This document shows positions 27,001-37,481 of a stretch of DNA of 61,591 nucleotides, piece by piece (the stretch's first letter is position 1; every line of letters begins with the position of its first letter). The position numbers and the translations under genes were made by a program. The DNA is taken from contig PKUM01000054.1 of the NCBI GenBank assembly GCA_002868855.1, positions 1-61,591 of the forward strand, given 5' to 3'. A model generated the notes under the pieces. The model was given only the letters and a program-made list of their open reading frames with translations, was not told the DNA's origin and did no database searches. Source of the stretch: Chromatiales bacterium (GTDB lineage: Bacteria; Pseudomonadota; Gammaproteobacteria; Steroidobacterales; BM003).

Positions 27001-29202
27001 ATGAATACCAGAATCCTGCTACCCGCCGCATCGGCCATACTGCTCGTCGCCTGTGGTAAACCGCCCGAGCCTCCGGCCGCAGAGCCAGCGGCAACGGCGC
27101 CTGCAATCGAGGAGCCGGCAGCGCCGATGGAACAACCCAGCGAACAAACAGCAGCCGAGCCAACCAATCCGTTACTGGAACAGTGGGATACGCCTTACGG
27201 CGTGCCCCCCTTCGACCAGATCGAGGACGAGCATTACATGCCGGCGCTTCGCACCGGAATGGCGGAACAGCAGGCCGAGATTGCGGCCATCGTCGAAAAC
27301 CCGGATCCACCGACCTTCGCCAACACCATCGAGGAACTGGAACGCTCGGGCGCGACGCTGAACCGGGTCAGCAATGTGTTCTTCGCCGTCAATGGCGCCC
27401 ACTCGAATGAGACAACGCGCGCCGTGGCCAAAGAGATTGCGCCGGAGCTGTCAGCTCACGGGGACGACATTGCGTTGAACAAGCCATTGTTCGATCGGGT
27501 CGAGGCCGTGTATCAGCAGCGCGATGATCTCGACCTTACTCCCGAGCAGCAGCGCCTGCTGGAAGAGACCTACAAGCAATTCGTTCGCGCGGGCGCCAAC
27601 CTCGACCAGGATGCGCAGGCCCGGCTGCGTGAAATCAATGGGGAACTGGCGAGCCTGTCCCAGGATTTCCGCAATAATCTGCTCGAGGAAACCAACGCGT
27701 TCGAAATGCTCGTCACCGATCGCGCCGATCTCGGCAACCTGCCCGAAAGCCTGGTGGCTTCGGCCGCGGCCGAGGCCCAGCGCCGCGGTCATGAATGCGG
27801 CGAGTGCTGGGTGTTTACGCTACAGCGCCCGAGCATCAACCCGTTTCTCGAGTATTCGCCCAATCGCGAACTGCGCAAGAAAATCTTTCTCGGCTATGCG
27901 ATGCGCGGCAACAATGACAACGAACACGACAACAAGAACATACTTTCCCGCATGGCTGCGCTACGCGCCGAACGCGCGGAGTTGATGGGCTACGAGACGC
28001 ATGCCCATTACGTTCTTTCCGACAACATGGCGGAAAATCCCGAGAACGTTTACCAGCTGCTAGGCAAGGTCTGGGAGCCGGCACTCGAGGTGGCCAAGCA
28101 GGAAGTTGCGGCGATGCAGGCATTGATGACCGCAGATGGCATCGAGGGCGATATCGAGGGCTGGGACTGGCGCTACTACACCGAGAGAGTTCGCAAGGAA
28201 CGCTACGATTTCGACCAGGAAGCGCTGCGTCCGTATTTCGAGGTTGGCGCCGTTCGCGACGGCGTCTTTAAAGTCGCGAACGAACTGTTCGGCCTGACTT
28301 TCGAACAGCGTGACGACCTGCCCAAATGGCATCCTGATCAAGAGGTGTTCGAAGTTCGCGACAGCGACGGCAGCCACCTGACGATTCTGTACATGGATTT
28401 CTTTATCCGTGAGAGCAAGCGCGGCGGTGCATGGATGAATGCGCTGCGGGTGCAGTCCAAACTCGATGGCGAAGTCATGCCCATCGTAACGAACAATTTC
28501 AATTACCCGCCCCCGACTGGCGACAACCCGTCCTTGCTGAGCTACAGCGAGGCATCGACACTGTTCCATGAGTTCGGTCATGCGCTGCACGGGATGCTGT
28601 CGGACGTCACGTACGGGTCGCTGGCCGGCACCGCAACCCCGCGCGACTTCGTCGAGTTTCCGTCCCAGGTAATGGAAAACTGGATGAGCGAGCCGGAGGT
28701 GCTGCGAATGTTCGCCCGCCATTACAAGACTGGCGAACCGATTCCGCAGGAATACATCGACAAGATCACGGCAATGCAGAAATTCAACCAGGGCTTTGCC
28801 ACGGTCGAGTACATGGCGGCCGCGTATCTCGACATGGACTACCACACGCTATCCGAGCCGGTCGAGGTTGCCGCAAACAAGTTCGAGACCGATTCGATGA
28901 ACGAGATCGGCCTCATCGAGCAGATCATCCCGCGCTATCGCAGCACCTATTTCGCGCATATTTTCGCTGGCGGTTACTCGGCCGGGTACTACAGTTACCT
29001 ATGGTCAGAGGTGCTCGATGCCGACGCATTCCAGGCTTTCAAGGAAACCACTCTGTTCGATCCCGATACGGCAGCGCGCTTCAGGAAGTTCATTCTCAGC
29101 CAGGGCGGCACCCGCCCGGGCATGGAGCTCTATGAGGACTTCCGCGGGCGCCCGCCGTCGATCGAACCGCTGCTCGAGCGGCGTGGCCTGACCGATATGT
29201 AA
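27001..29202 (+). CDS. dcp: Peptidyl-dipeptidase Dcp (M3 family), lipoprotein
   Basis: ATG at 27001. Lipobox LLVACGK and zinc motif HEFGHALH. Length and layout are Dcp-like. Confidence 0.85.
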   Translation: MNTRILLPAASAILLVACGKPPEPPAAEPAATAPAIEEPAAPMEQPSEQTAAEPTNPLLEQWDTPYGVPPFDQIEDEHYMPALRTGMAEQQAEIAAIVENPDPPTFANTIEELERSGATLNRVSNVFFAVNGAHSNETTRAVAKEIAPELSAHGDDIALNKPLFDRVEAVYQQRDDLDLTPEQQRLLEETYKQFVRAGANLDQDAQARLREINGELASLSQDFRNNLLEETNAFEMLVTDRADLGNLPESLVASAAAEAQRRGHECGECWVFTLQRPSINPFLEYSPNRELRKKIFLGYAMRGNNDNEHDNKNILSRMAALRAERAELMGYETHAHYVLSDNMAENPENVYQLLGKVWEPALEVAKQEVAAMQALMTADGIEGDIEGWDWRYYTERVRKERYDFDQEALRPYFEVGAVRDGVFKVANELFGLTFEQRDDLPKWHPDQEVFEVRDSDGSHLTILYMDFFIRESKRGGAWMNALRVQSKLDGEVMPIVTNNFNYPPPTGDNPSLLSYSEASTLFHEFGHALHGMLSDVTYGSLAGTATPRDFVEFPSQVMENWMSEPEVLRMFARHYKTGEPIPQEYIDKITAMQKFNQGFATVEYMAAAYLDMDYHTLSEPVEVAANKFETDSMNEIGLIEQIIPRYRSTYFAHIFAGGYSAGYYSYLWSEVLDADAFQAFKETTLFDPDTAARFRKFILSQGGTRPGMELYEDFRGRPPSIEPLLERRGLTDM

Positions 29203-29230
29203 GATCGGGCAGGGGTGCCGTTACAATGCA

Positions 29231-29275
29231 CGGGCTGGCTTCATCGGCGTATGAAGCCAGCCCGTAATTTATTTG
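29231..29275 (+). terminator. Rho-independent terminator of dcp
   Basis: CGGGCTGGCTTCAT-cggcgt-ATGAAGCCAGCCCG is a 14-bp perfect stem, followed by TAATTTATTTG. Confidence 0.85.
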
Positions 29276-29302
29276 CCGCGACAGCGTGCCCGGCGGAACA
29301 TA

Positions 29303-31240
29303 ATGCTGCAGGAACTCAAAGAACGGCTGCGATACATGATCGACCGTGCGTTTGCGCGGGAGTTTGCGGGCCAGTTCATTCTGTTCCTGGTACTTGTGGT
29401 AGTTGTTACGCTGGTCGGCATGACTGCGTACTTCTTCGGCCTGTTCGGCCCGGAGAACGAAGATGTGCCGGGAATTCCCCGCGGCATCGACCGCGGCTTC
29501 CTCGATTCGCTGTGGTGGTCGATGCAGCGGGTGCTGCGTCTGCCGGGCTTCGAGCGGATGTATGGCGCCACTCCTCCCATCCTCGCCTATGCGCTGTTTC
29601 TCTCGATCATGGGCCTCGCGGTATTCGGTATCCTGGTTTCAATGATCAATACCGCGATGCAACGCCGCATCGAAACGCTGCGCAAGGGCGACAGCCCGGT
29701 CAAGGAACGCGGCCACGTGCTGGTACTGGGCTGGAGCGACAAGATTTACTCGGTACTGCGGCAGCTCGCGCGATTGCAGCCGGGCAGCAAGGTGGTCATT
29801 CTCGCTCCCGAAGAGATCGAGGAGATGCAGGAAGCCCTGCGCGTAAACGGCAGTATGCGCGAAGACCTCACGATCATTTTGCGCAGTGGCATTCCCAGCA
29901 ACGTGGAGGAACTCAATCGCGTCGCGGTTGACCGTGCTTCCAGCGTCATCGTGGTTTCGCCGCGCGCCGACCGCGACCGCCTCGGTGGCGACAGCGAAGT
30001 CATCAAGACAATGATGCTGCTTGCGGCGTGGCGGGAGTGGCGCGGCCAGGGCCCCACGCTGACCGCGGAAATTGCGCTGGAACAAAACCAGGAACTGGCG
30101 GAAATTGCGGCACGCGGTCGCATGCACCTGATTTCCTCCAGCACGGTCATCAGCAAGGTCCTGGTGCAGTGCATCCGCAACCCAGGGCTTGCGGATGTAT
30201 ATAGCGAATTATTCGCTCCGTATGGCAACGGCCTTCATGTGCAGAGCATCGGTGCCTGCTCCGAACAGACCATGCGCGATATTTCCTACGGGTTTCCGGA
30301 TGCAATTCCGATTGGAATTGCATGGAAGGAGCAGCAGGGGGAGGAGCTGAAACACGCCTCGGGGCTCAACCCGGAACCCGACTACGACATCGCAGAGGAC
30401 GAACAACTCATCCTGCTCGCGCATGGCGTGCCGGTAAAATTTTCGCAACCCGGCAGTGCGTACACCTCGCGAATTTACCGTGAAGGCAGCGTTTCGGCGA
30501 GGGTGCCGCGCCGGGTCCTTTTGATCGGTTGGAACGGCAACGTTTTTGACATCCTGGTCGAGCTCGACGCACACGCCTTGCGCGGGACCGAAATCGTGTT
30601 GCTGTCAGACATGGATCCGGAGGCCGCACGCAAACATGTCGAACAGCTCCTGGATCACGAACTCGAAAACGTCAGTGTCGAGTACCTGGCCGGCGACCCC
30701 GTCGAACGCGGCAGTTACAGCGAAATTGATCTCACCAGCTTCCAGACCATCGTTCTGCTGGCCGACACGTCATCGGGGGAATCGGATATCGATGCGCGCA
30801 CGCTGCGCACACTTCTGCGCCTTTCGGACTTGCGCCGCCGGACCGCTGCCAGCCCACATACCGTGGTAGAACTGCTGGACATAGCCAACAAGGACCTGCT
30901 GGCCGGATTGCACGTCGACGACGTAGTCTTCAGCGACCAGGTCATAAGCGCCCAGCTCGCGCAAATAGCGAAGCAGCCGGTCCTGGGACCGATATACCGT
31001 GAATTATTGAGCGCCGGCGGCGTCGAAATCAGCCTGCGCCCGGTCGGCGACTACGTTGAAATCGGCTCGAGCTGCAGCTTTTTCGATCTTGCATTCGCGG
31101 CGCAGCAGAAAATGGAAATTGCGCTTGGGGTCAGGCTCGCGCGCGAGGGGGAGCTGTTTCTGAATCCCGAACGCGAACTGGCATGGTGCCTGGACGAGGA
31201 CGATCGAGTAGTCGTGCTGGCCCAGCAGTTGTACCGCTAG
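29303..31240 (+). CDS. CASTOR/POLLUX (DMI1)-like ion channel with tandem RCK-like domains
   Basis: ATG at 29303. TM region with pore-helix-like FLDSLWWSMQRV but no GYG filter. HVLVLGWSDKIYSVLRQLA and RVLLIGWNGNVFDILVELD resemble the GWSDK/GW RCK starts of plant CASTOR/POLLUX. Confidence 0.75.
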   Translation: MLQELKERLRYMIDRAFAREFAGQFILFLVLVVVVTLVGMTAYFFGLFGPENEDVPGIPRGIDRGFLDSLWWSMQRVLRLPGFERMYGATPPILAYALFLSIMGLAVFGILVSMINTAMQRRIETLRKGDSPVKERGHVLVLGWSDKIYSVLRQLARLQPGSKVVILAPEEIEEMQEALRVNGSMREDLTIILRSGIPSNVEELNRVAVDRASSVIVVSPRADRDRLGGDSEVIKTMMLLAAWREWRGQGPTLTAEIALEQNQELAEIAARGRMHLISSSTVISKVLVQCIRNPGLADVYSELFAPYGNGLHVQSIGACSEQTMRDISYGFPDAIPIGIAWKEQQGEELKHASGLNPEPDYDIAEDEQLILLAHGVPVKFSQPGSAYTSRIYREGSVSARVPRRVLLIGWNGNVFDILVELDAHALRGTEIVLLSDMDPEAARKHVEQLLDHELENVSVEYLAGDPVERGSYSEIDLTSFQTIVLLADTSSGESDIDARTLRTLLRLSDLRRRTAASPHTVVELLDIANKDLLAGLHVDDVVFSDQVISAQLAQIAKQPVLGPIYRELLSAGGVEISLRPVGDYVEIGSSCSFFDLAFAAQQKMEIALGVRLAREGELFLNPERELAWCLDEDDRVVVLAQQLYR

Positions 31241-31245
31241 CGCGG

Positions 31246-31614
31246 CTACTCGCCAAGAAACGTCTGGATTTTGCCCAGCAGACGGCTGAAATTCACCGGC
31301 TTGGTGTCGTAATCGTTACACCCCGCCTCAAGCGCTTTTTGCTCATCGCCCTGCATCGCATGCGCCGTCAATGCAATAACCGGAATTGCCTGGGTGGCAG
31401 CGTCTGCCTTCAGCCGTCGGGTCGCCTCCCATCCGTCGATAATCGGCAGACTCAGGTCCATGAGTATCAAGTCCGGCGTTTCGGAGCTGGCCATCTCCAC
31501 GCCCGCCTGGCCGTCCACCGCTATCACTACCTCGAAATTCTTGCGGCGCAGGCGGCGCGACAACATATCCCGGTTCATTTCATTGTCTTCTACAAGCAGA
31601 ATCTTTTTCATCAC
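31246..31614 (-). CDS. Single-domain response regulator (CheY-like receiver)
   Basis: KILLVEDNEMNR...LILMDLSLPIIDGWE...ALTAHAM...YDTKP. Confidence 0.9.
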   Translation of the reverse strand: MMKKILLVEDNEMNRDMLSRRLRRKNFEVVIAVDGQAGVEMASSETPDLILMDLSLPIIDGWEATRRLKADAATQAIPVIALTAHAMQGDEQKALEAGCNDYDTKPVNFSRLLGKIQTFLGE

Positions 31615-31644
31615 TATTTGTCTTTTTCCGATTAGGGATTTGAA

Positions 31645-34560
31645 TCAGGATTTCGAATTTGCCGCGGTACCCTCAGCAACCAGGTTGCGTACCAGCCGAA
31701 TCAACTCGTCCCGAGTGTAAGCGCCTTTCTCCAGAACCTGAGCGACTTTGCCGCTCAGAAGATTGCGGTCAGCGTCGCTGAGGTTCTTGGCGGTAACCAC
31801 GATGACCGGTATTGTCTCCCACTCGGGCCGCGCGCGCATCTCCATTAGAAAATCGAACCCGTCCATGACCGGCATCATCAGGTCGAGCAGGATCAGCCGC
31901 GGCACATCGTGTTCGAGCACATCCAGCGCTTCGCGGCCATTAGCCGCCTGCGTGACCGTCCAGCCGAATTTCTCCAGTGTCCGGGCCATCATCTCCCGGG
32001 TGTCGGTGTCGTCCTCGACCAGCAGCACCGGGCATGGCCCGGTTTCGCAGCGATACCGCTCCAATGCCGACAACAGGCGCCCGCGTTCTACCGGTTTGGT
32101 CAGGAACTCGGTTGCTCCCAGCGAGTAGCCTTTGCTCTTGTCATCGACCATCGTGATCATGACCACCGGAGTATCGCGCAGGTGCGGGTCTGCCTTGAGC
32201 AGACGCAGCACGGCCCAGCCATCGATATCCGGCATCATTACATCCAGCGTGATAGCCGCAGGCGCAATCGTATGGGCGAGTCTCAGCCCCTCCTCCCCGG
32301 AGTTTGCGATTACGACCTCGAAGCCGTCGCGTACCAGGAAGCGCTCGATAATCTCGCAGGCCTCGGGATCGTCATCGATTACCAGCACGGTACGCCCCGC
32401 TCCGCGAAGCCGAATCTCGTTCAGCGTTTCTTCATCGGGCGTCGCAACGGTCATTGCGGCGGCCGAAGTATCGGCCGCCTCGGCCATGCCAGGCAAAACG
32501 GTCGGCAACGATATCGAAAACCTCGAGCCCTTGCCGGGCTCGCTTTTCACAACGACGTCACCCCCCAGCATGCGGCAGAAGCGGCGGGAAATAGCCAACC
32601 CCAGACCGGTACCGCCATATTTTCGAGTCGTCGAAACGTCGGCCTGAGTAAACTCTTCGAACAGTGTCTCGATCTTGTCCGCGGGGATTCCGATCCCGGT
32701 ATCGATCACCTCGAGCCGCAGCCAGTCGCCGGTGCGCCTGGCATCGCGGCCGGCGCGCAGGGTAATCGTGCCGTTTTCAGTGAACTTGGCTGCATTGGAA
32801 AGGAGATTCAGCAACGCCTGCCTGATTTTTGTCAGGTCCTGATGCGCAAGGCCGAGTTTGTTGACGCGCTCCACGACGAGCTGATTGGAATTTTTCAGCA
32901 CCAGTGGCTGCGCGGTGGCCGCGACTTCATTTAACAGCGTTTCGACATCGATATCCTCGGCGAAAATCTCGGTGCGCCCGGCCTCGATTTTGGACAAATC
33001 GAGCACATCGTTGATCAGGCCGAGCAAATGGCTGCCCGCGGAATTAATTTTCTTCAGGTCAGGAAGCAAGGCCCGCTGCTCGAGATCCGCTGCCTCCTCC
33101 ATCAACATCTCGCTGTAGCCCAGAATCGCATTCAGCGGGGTGCGCAGTTCGTGGCTCATGTTGGCAAGAAAAGCGCTCTTGGCAATGTTGGCCTGCTCGG
33201 CGGATTCGCGTGCCCGCTCCAGTTCCGCCTCCGCCTCCTTGCGCTCATTAATATCGAAAATCACGCCGTCTACCAGCGGAATGCAGGTGACGTTGTCATG
33301 TGTCACCGTCCCTTTGACATTCATCCAGCGTGCATCGCCGTTCTTGCACAGAATCCGGTATTCCGCCTGGAAGCGGCCACCTTGAATAATCGCGCCGCGG
33401 ACCGCGGCATCGAGACCTTTGCGGTCCTCGGGATGGACGATACGGCCAAATGCAGCGGCGGGCTTGCCGATAAAGTCGCTCGCCTTGTAACCGGAGATTG
33501 GCTCGATCGCGTCGCTGATGTAATCGAAGGTCCAGCCCTGGTCAGGACGATCCGAGCAGCGAAAGATCGCGCCCGGCACGTTCTGCACCAGGGTACGAAA
33601 CTGACGCTCCCCTTCGGCTATCGATCTTTCGGCCCGGCGGCGTTCGAAAACACGGCCAACCTGGCGCCCCACGTTCTCCAATAGTTGCATCAGATCCTGG
33701 TCCGCCGGAACCGGCCGTTCCGCAAAGAACTCGAGAATGGCAACTATTTCCTCTCCGACAAAAACCGGGAACGCAATCGCGGCGCCCAGTCCGGCGGCAA
33801 TAGCACACTCCGCGCGCGGGAAATTGCCGCCCCGGGCCTGGAGATCATCCAGCCATACCGCGGTTCCGGACTCCAGCACCTGTCCGGGCAGCCCGACCCC
33901 GACAGTAAAAACCCGACTTTCGGTTTCCCTGCGGAACGTCTCGAATCGCTGCGAATCGGTCATGTGCCAGAGTTTTGTCGCCAGCAGCTTTCCGGGTTCG
34001 TCCTGTGCCGCCTCATAGGCATGCCCGACCGGCCACCCGATCACCTCGCAGACACGGTCGATGACACCCTGCAACGCCTCGTTCACGGAACCGGAATTGA
34101 CCGCAATCTCCGACGCACACAGCAGCAGTTGGGCCGACAAAGCACGCCGGTCGCGTTTGTGGTCGTCGGCGACGCGAATGCTGACGTCGCGCGCGATTGT
34201 CACGGTGAGCCTTCCTGACGGCGAGTCCAGTGTGCCGAGGCTGATCGCAACCGGAATTTCCCGCCCTTCCCGCGTCAGCGCCGCCACCTCGCGCCCACGC
34301 TTCAGACTCAATGATTCTGACTGGTTCCGGAACTGATGGCGCTGTGCCGGATGTGGAGCACGCGAGGAGGCCGGAACAAGGTCATCGACCGACATTCCGA
34401 TCAGTTCAGCGCGCGAATACCCGAACAGGCTGATCGATTGCTCGTTGCCGTAGACAATGATCCCTTCGCCATCCACAAGCAGTATCGCATCGGGCGCGGC
34501 TTCCACCATTGCGTGAAAGTCGGGTCCGCCCGATGCAGGGGATTTGTCGGCTTTTACCAT
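31645..34560 (-). CDS. Hybrid sensor histidine kinase (PAS-GAF-PAS-HisKA-HATPase-REC-REC)
   Basis: ATG at 34560; the track ORF begins at a TTG at 34587. H-box [12 protein letters not shown] and G-box [12 protein letters not shown]. Two receivers: VIDDDPE...[11 protein letters not shown] and LLVEDDTD...[11 protein letters not shown]. Confidence 0.9.
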   Translation of the reverse strand: MVKADKSPASGGPDFHAMVEAAPDAILLVDGEGIIVYGNEQSISLFGYSRAELIGMSVDDLVPASSRAPHPAQRHQFRNQSESLSLKRGREVAALTREGREIPVAISLGTLDSPSGRLTVTIARDVSIRVADDHKRDRRALSAQLLLCASEIAVNSGSVNEALQGVIDRVCEVIGWPVGHAYEAAQDEPGKLLATKLWHMTDSQRFETFRRETESRVFTVGVGLPGQVLESGTAVWLDDLQARGGNFPRAECAIAAGLGAAIAFPVFVGEEIVAILEFFAERPVPADQDLMQLLENVGRQVGRVFERRRAERSIAEGERQFRTLVQNVPGAIFRCSDRPDQGWTFDYISDAIEPISGYKASDFIGKPAAAFGRIVHPEDRKGLDAAVRGAIIQGGRFQAEYRILCKNGDARWMNVKGTVTHDNVTCIPLVDGVIFDINERKEAEAELERARESAEQANIAKSAFLANMSHELRTPLNAILGYSEMLMEEAADLEQRALLPDLKKINSAGSHLLGLINDVLDLSKIEAGRTEIFAEDIDVETLLNEVAATAQPLVLKNSNQLVVERVNKLGLAHQDLTKIRQALLNLLSNAAKFTENGTITLRAGRDARRTGDWLRLEVIDTGIGIPADKIETLFEEFTQADVSTTRKYGGTGLGLAISRRFCRMLGGDVVVKSEPGKGSRFSISLPTVLPGMAEAADTSAAAMTVATPDEETLNEIRLRGAGRTVLVIDDDPEACEIIERFLVRDGFEVVIANSGEEGLRLAHTIAPAAITLDVMMPDIDGWAVLRLLKADPHLRDTPVVMITMVDDKSKGYSLGATEFLTKPVERGRLLSALERYRCETGPCPVLLVEDDTDTREMMARTLEKFGWTVTQAANGREALDVLEHDVPRLILLDLMMPVMDGFDFLMEMRARPEWETIPVIVVTAKNLSDADRNLLSGKVAQVLEKGAYTRDELIRLVRNLVAEGTAANSKS

Positions 34561-34666
34561 AGAGCAGCAGCATTTCAGGCGAGACAAGAGTGGTCAATAA
34601 TACACGCCGGACCGGCGCGTCAGATACCGCGGCGCGACTGCCCCGCAATTGCCTCGACCCGGGTGG

Positions 34667-35329
34667 CTAATCCTCGCCAAGACTCTTGCGCAGGCGCCCG
34701 AGTTGCTCGGCCAGATCCGCCACCTGTTGTTCGAGCCGATACACACGCGCTCCGAGCGACGGCGAATGATCGGGATCCGCAGCCGCCGAAGTTGCGGCCG
34801 CTCCAGATTGAACTTCACCCGAAAACAGATGCGCATAGCGCGACTCGCGCTTGCCGGGCTCACGCGCCAGGCGGACGACAAACGGACCATCGTCGCGGTC
34901 GGCCAGCGCCTCGAGACAGGCCTCCACCTCGCCGACATCACTGAATCGGCACAGCCGCTGGGTACGCGAACGCAGCTCGCCCGGAGTCTGCGGGCCGCGC
35001 AGAAGCAACACACAAACGAGGCCAAACTCCTGTTCGCTGAACTGCAGCGTGCCGAACTGAGTGTTGCAGAACCGGTGCTGGTATTTCGGTACGCGGCTGC
35101 CGAATCCGGATTTCTCGAGTATCAGGTGCTTGCCACGGAGGCTGTCCAGCGCGGCGAGTACTTGTGCTTCGTCGAGACGCATCACCGGATCGCGGTTGCT
35201 TTTTTGATTGCAGGCGTTGGTCAACGCGTTCAGCGACAGCGGGTACTGATCCGGCGTCGTGATCTCTTTTTCCAGCAGACTGCCAACGACCCGCGCCTCA
35301 TGCTCGTCCAGCACCAGATCCATCTTCAC
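34667..35329 (-). CDS. yceH: YceH family protein (DUF480)
   Basis: [43 protein letters not shown] is the family signature. Confidence 0.85.
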   Translation of the reverse strand: MKMDLVLDEHEARVVGSLLEKEITTPDQYPLSLNALTNACNQKSNRDPVMRLDEAQVLAALDSLRGKHLILEKSGFGSRVPKYQHRFCNTQFGTLQFSEQEFGLVCVLLLRGPQTPGELRSRTQRLCRFSDVGEVEACLEALADRDDGPFVVRLAREPGKRESRYAHLFSGEVQSGAAATSAAADPDHSPSLGARVYRLEQQVADLAEQLGRLRKSLGED

Positions 35330-35353
35330 TCTCCCGTAAACATTTACTGGCCG

Positions 35354-35695
35354 CTAGACCGGCGGCGCCGACCGCCACTGCCGCAGCCACCCGCCGGACA
35401 AAACAAACCATGGAAAAATAACGAACTGTTCGACCAGCCAGCGGCGAACAGAAGCGAGCGCACCTTCAGGCTCGGGTGGGGATTCGGGCTCGCGCCGATG
35501 TCCATGCCGCTGTAACAAGACTGCGATTGTTGCCGTCGCGGTCCATGCGATTACCCCCGGGATCGCACCCTCCAGCAAAGACAGAATCCACAGAACTGAC
35601 GAAAGCACGAACAGCGGCACGGCCACGAGGTGGATCAGTAAATTCGACTTTGTCGAATGAACACGCTGGTAGTCTTTCAAGTTGTCGAAAGCCAT
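35354..35695 (-). CDS. Small membrane protein, possibly Mpo1/DUF962-like
   Basis: ATG at 35695 (MAFDNLKDYQRVHSTKSNLLIHLVAVPLF...). The pattern Y...H....N..IH...P is followed by TM helices. The assignment is tentative. Confidence 0.45.
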   Translation of the reverse strand: MAFDNLKDYQRVHSTKSNLLIHLVAVPLFVLSSVLWILSLLEGAIPGVIAWTATATIAVLLQRHGHRREPESPPEPEGALASVRRWLVEQFVIFPWFVLSGGWLRQWRSAPPV

Positions 35696-35945
35696 GCCGT
35701 TGTCGATAGTGGTTCCGCGCCGTGCCCGGTGCACGCCCATACTCCCGGCGCCGTAACGCGTAGTGTCTCACAAGCCGCGACCGCTGCAACCACGATGCCA
35801 CCGATACAAACTTGCCCCGGCCGGATCAGCGAGGAACAATACTGAAAGCCGCGGTTCCGGTTATTTGCCTGGCGACGAGTTCGATGGTCCGGCACTTTCC
35901 GCAGGCACATTGAGAGCCCCGTGTGTCGCCGCGGTGGAACCTGGC

Positions 35946-37301
35946 ATGGCGACGGCTCAGCGAGCGCCAAGGAATCAGCAGGTGTCAACCGTGACTACTC
36001 AAGACCCCGACTTACTGGAACCAATCGAGACCGCCACAGCGGACGAACTCAGGGACCTGCAACTCAAACGGCTGAAGTGGTCGCTTGGGCACGCCTACGA
36101 CAACGTGGCGGCGTATCGCAGGAAATTCGATTCCGCAGGCATCCGGCCCGCCGACCTGAAAACGCTCGAAGATCTTGCGCACTTCCCATTCACGACCAAG
36201 CAGGACCTGCGGGAACACTACCCTTTCGGTATGTTTGCCGTGCCGCGCAAACAGGTTGCCCGCATCCATGCCTCGAGCGGAACGACCGGCAAGCCTACTG
36301 TGGCGGGGTACACGCGCGAGGACATCGACACCTGGGCGCGGCTGGTGGCGCGGTCAATCCGGGCTGCTGGCGGACGTGCCGGCGACCTCGTACATATCGC
36401 TTACGGCTACGGTCTGTTCACCGGTGGGCTGGGAGCTCATTACGGAGCCGAAAAACTCGGGTGCACGGTGATACCCATGTCCGGTGGCCAGACCGAGAAG
36501 CAAGTGCAGCTGATCGGTGATTTCGGTCCCGATATCATCATGGTGACACCCTCGTACCTGCTGAATATCGCTGACGAATTCGAACGCCAGGGTATCGACC
36601 CGGCCGATAGCTCGCTGCGGATCGCGATCTGCGGAGCCGAGCCGTGGACCGACGCAATGCGAACGGAAATCGAGACCCGGCTCGGGCTCGATGCCGTCGA
36701 CATTTACGGTCTATCGGAAGTGATGGGACCCGGCGTCGCCAACGAGTGTATCGAGACCAAGGACGGCCCCGTCATATGGGAGGATCATTTCTACCCCGAG
36801 ATCATCGATCCGCAAAGCGGCCAGACCCTCACCGACGGCGCCGAGGGCGAGCTCGTTCTTACGTCACTGACAAAACAGGCCATGCCGGTAATCCGATACC
36901 GCACCCGCGATCTCACCCGATTATTGCCGCCGAGCGCACGATCGATGCGGCGCATGGCACGAATCGCCGGACGCTCCGACGACATGCTTATCATTCGTGG
37001 CGTCAACGTGTTCCCGTCGCAGATCGAGGAGCTGGTTCTGCGTCAGAACGAGCTGAGTCCGCATTATGTAATCGAACTCGAACGCAACGGACAGCTCGAC
37101 GCGATCAGCGTGCGCTGCGAGCTGCGTCCGGATGCGTCTTCAGCCGCGAGATCCCGAGACGCCAGTGCGCTCATGCTGCAACAACAAATCAAGGCTTACA
37201 TCGGGATAAGCGCCAGGGTCGAGGTCGGCCAGCCAGGTTGCATCGAAAGGTCCGTGGGCAAAGCCAAACGGATCGTCGACAAACGGACGCTGCTCGCCTG
37301 A
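35946..37301 (+). CDS. paaK: Phenylacetate-CoA ligase
   Basis: LEPIETATADELRDLQLKRLKWSLGHAYDNVAAYRRKF, SSGTTGKPT, and the C-terminal GRSDDMLIIRGVNVFPSQIEE. The start is either the ATG at 35946 or the GTG at 35991. Confidence 0.85.
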   Translation: MATAQRAPRNQQVSTVTTQDPDLLEPIETATADELRDLQLKRLKWSLGHAYDNVAAYRRKFDSAGIRPADLKTLEDLAHFPFTTKQDLREHYPFGMFAVPRKQVARIHASSGTTGKPTVAGYTREDIDTWARLVARSIRAAGGRAGDLVHIAYGYGLFTGGLGAHYGAEKLGCTVIPMSGGQTEKQVQLIGDFGPDIIMVTPSYLLNIADEFERQGIDPADSSLRIAICGAEPWTDAMRTEIETRLGLDAVDIYGLSEVMGPGVANECIETKDGPVIWEDHFYPEIIDPQSGQTLTDGAEGELVLTSLTKQAMPVIRYRTRDLTRLLPPSARSMRRMARIAGRSDDMLIIRGVNVFPSQIEELVLRQNELSPHYVIELERNGQLDAISVRCELRPDASSAARSRDASALMLQQQIKAYIGISARVEVGQPGCIERSVGKAKRIVDKRTLLA

Positions 37302-37481
37302 AACGCCCAAATGGTTGCATACTGACATGGAGCGGAGTCGAATAACCGGTCACGGCGGGACGCTAATCGGACATTGCCTGAGCCAGTTTTCCGGTGTCGA
37401 GGGTGTGTCTGCCACATCGAGACGGCTGTCACTGGAGCATGACGATCGTGCTTGCCGGGTGAGTTGTTGCAGGAGTCGGGC

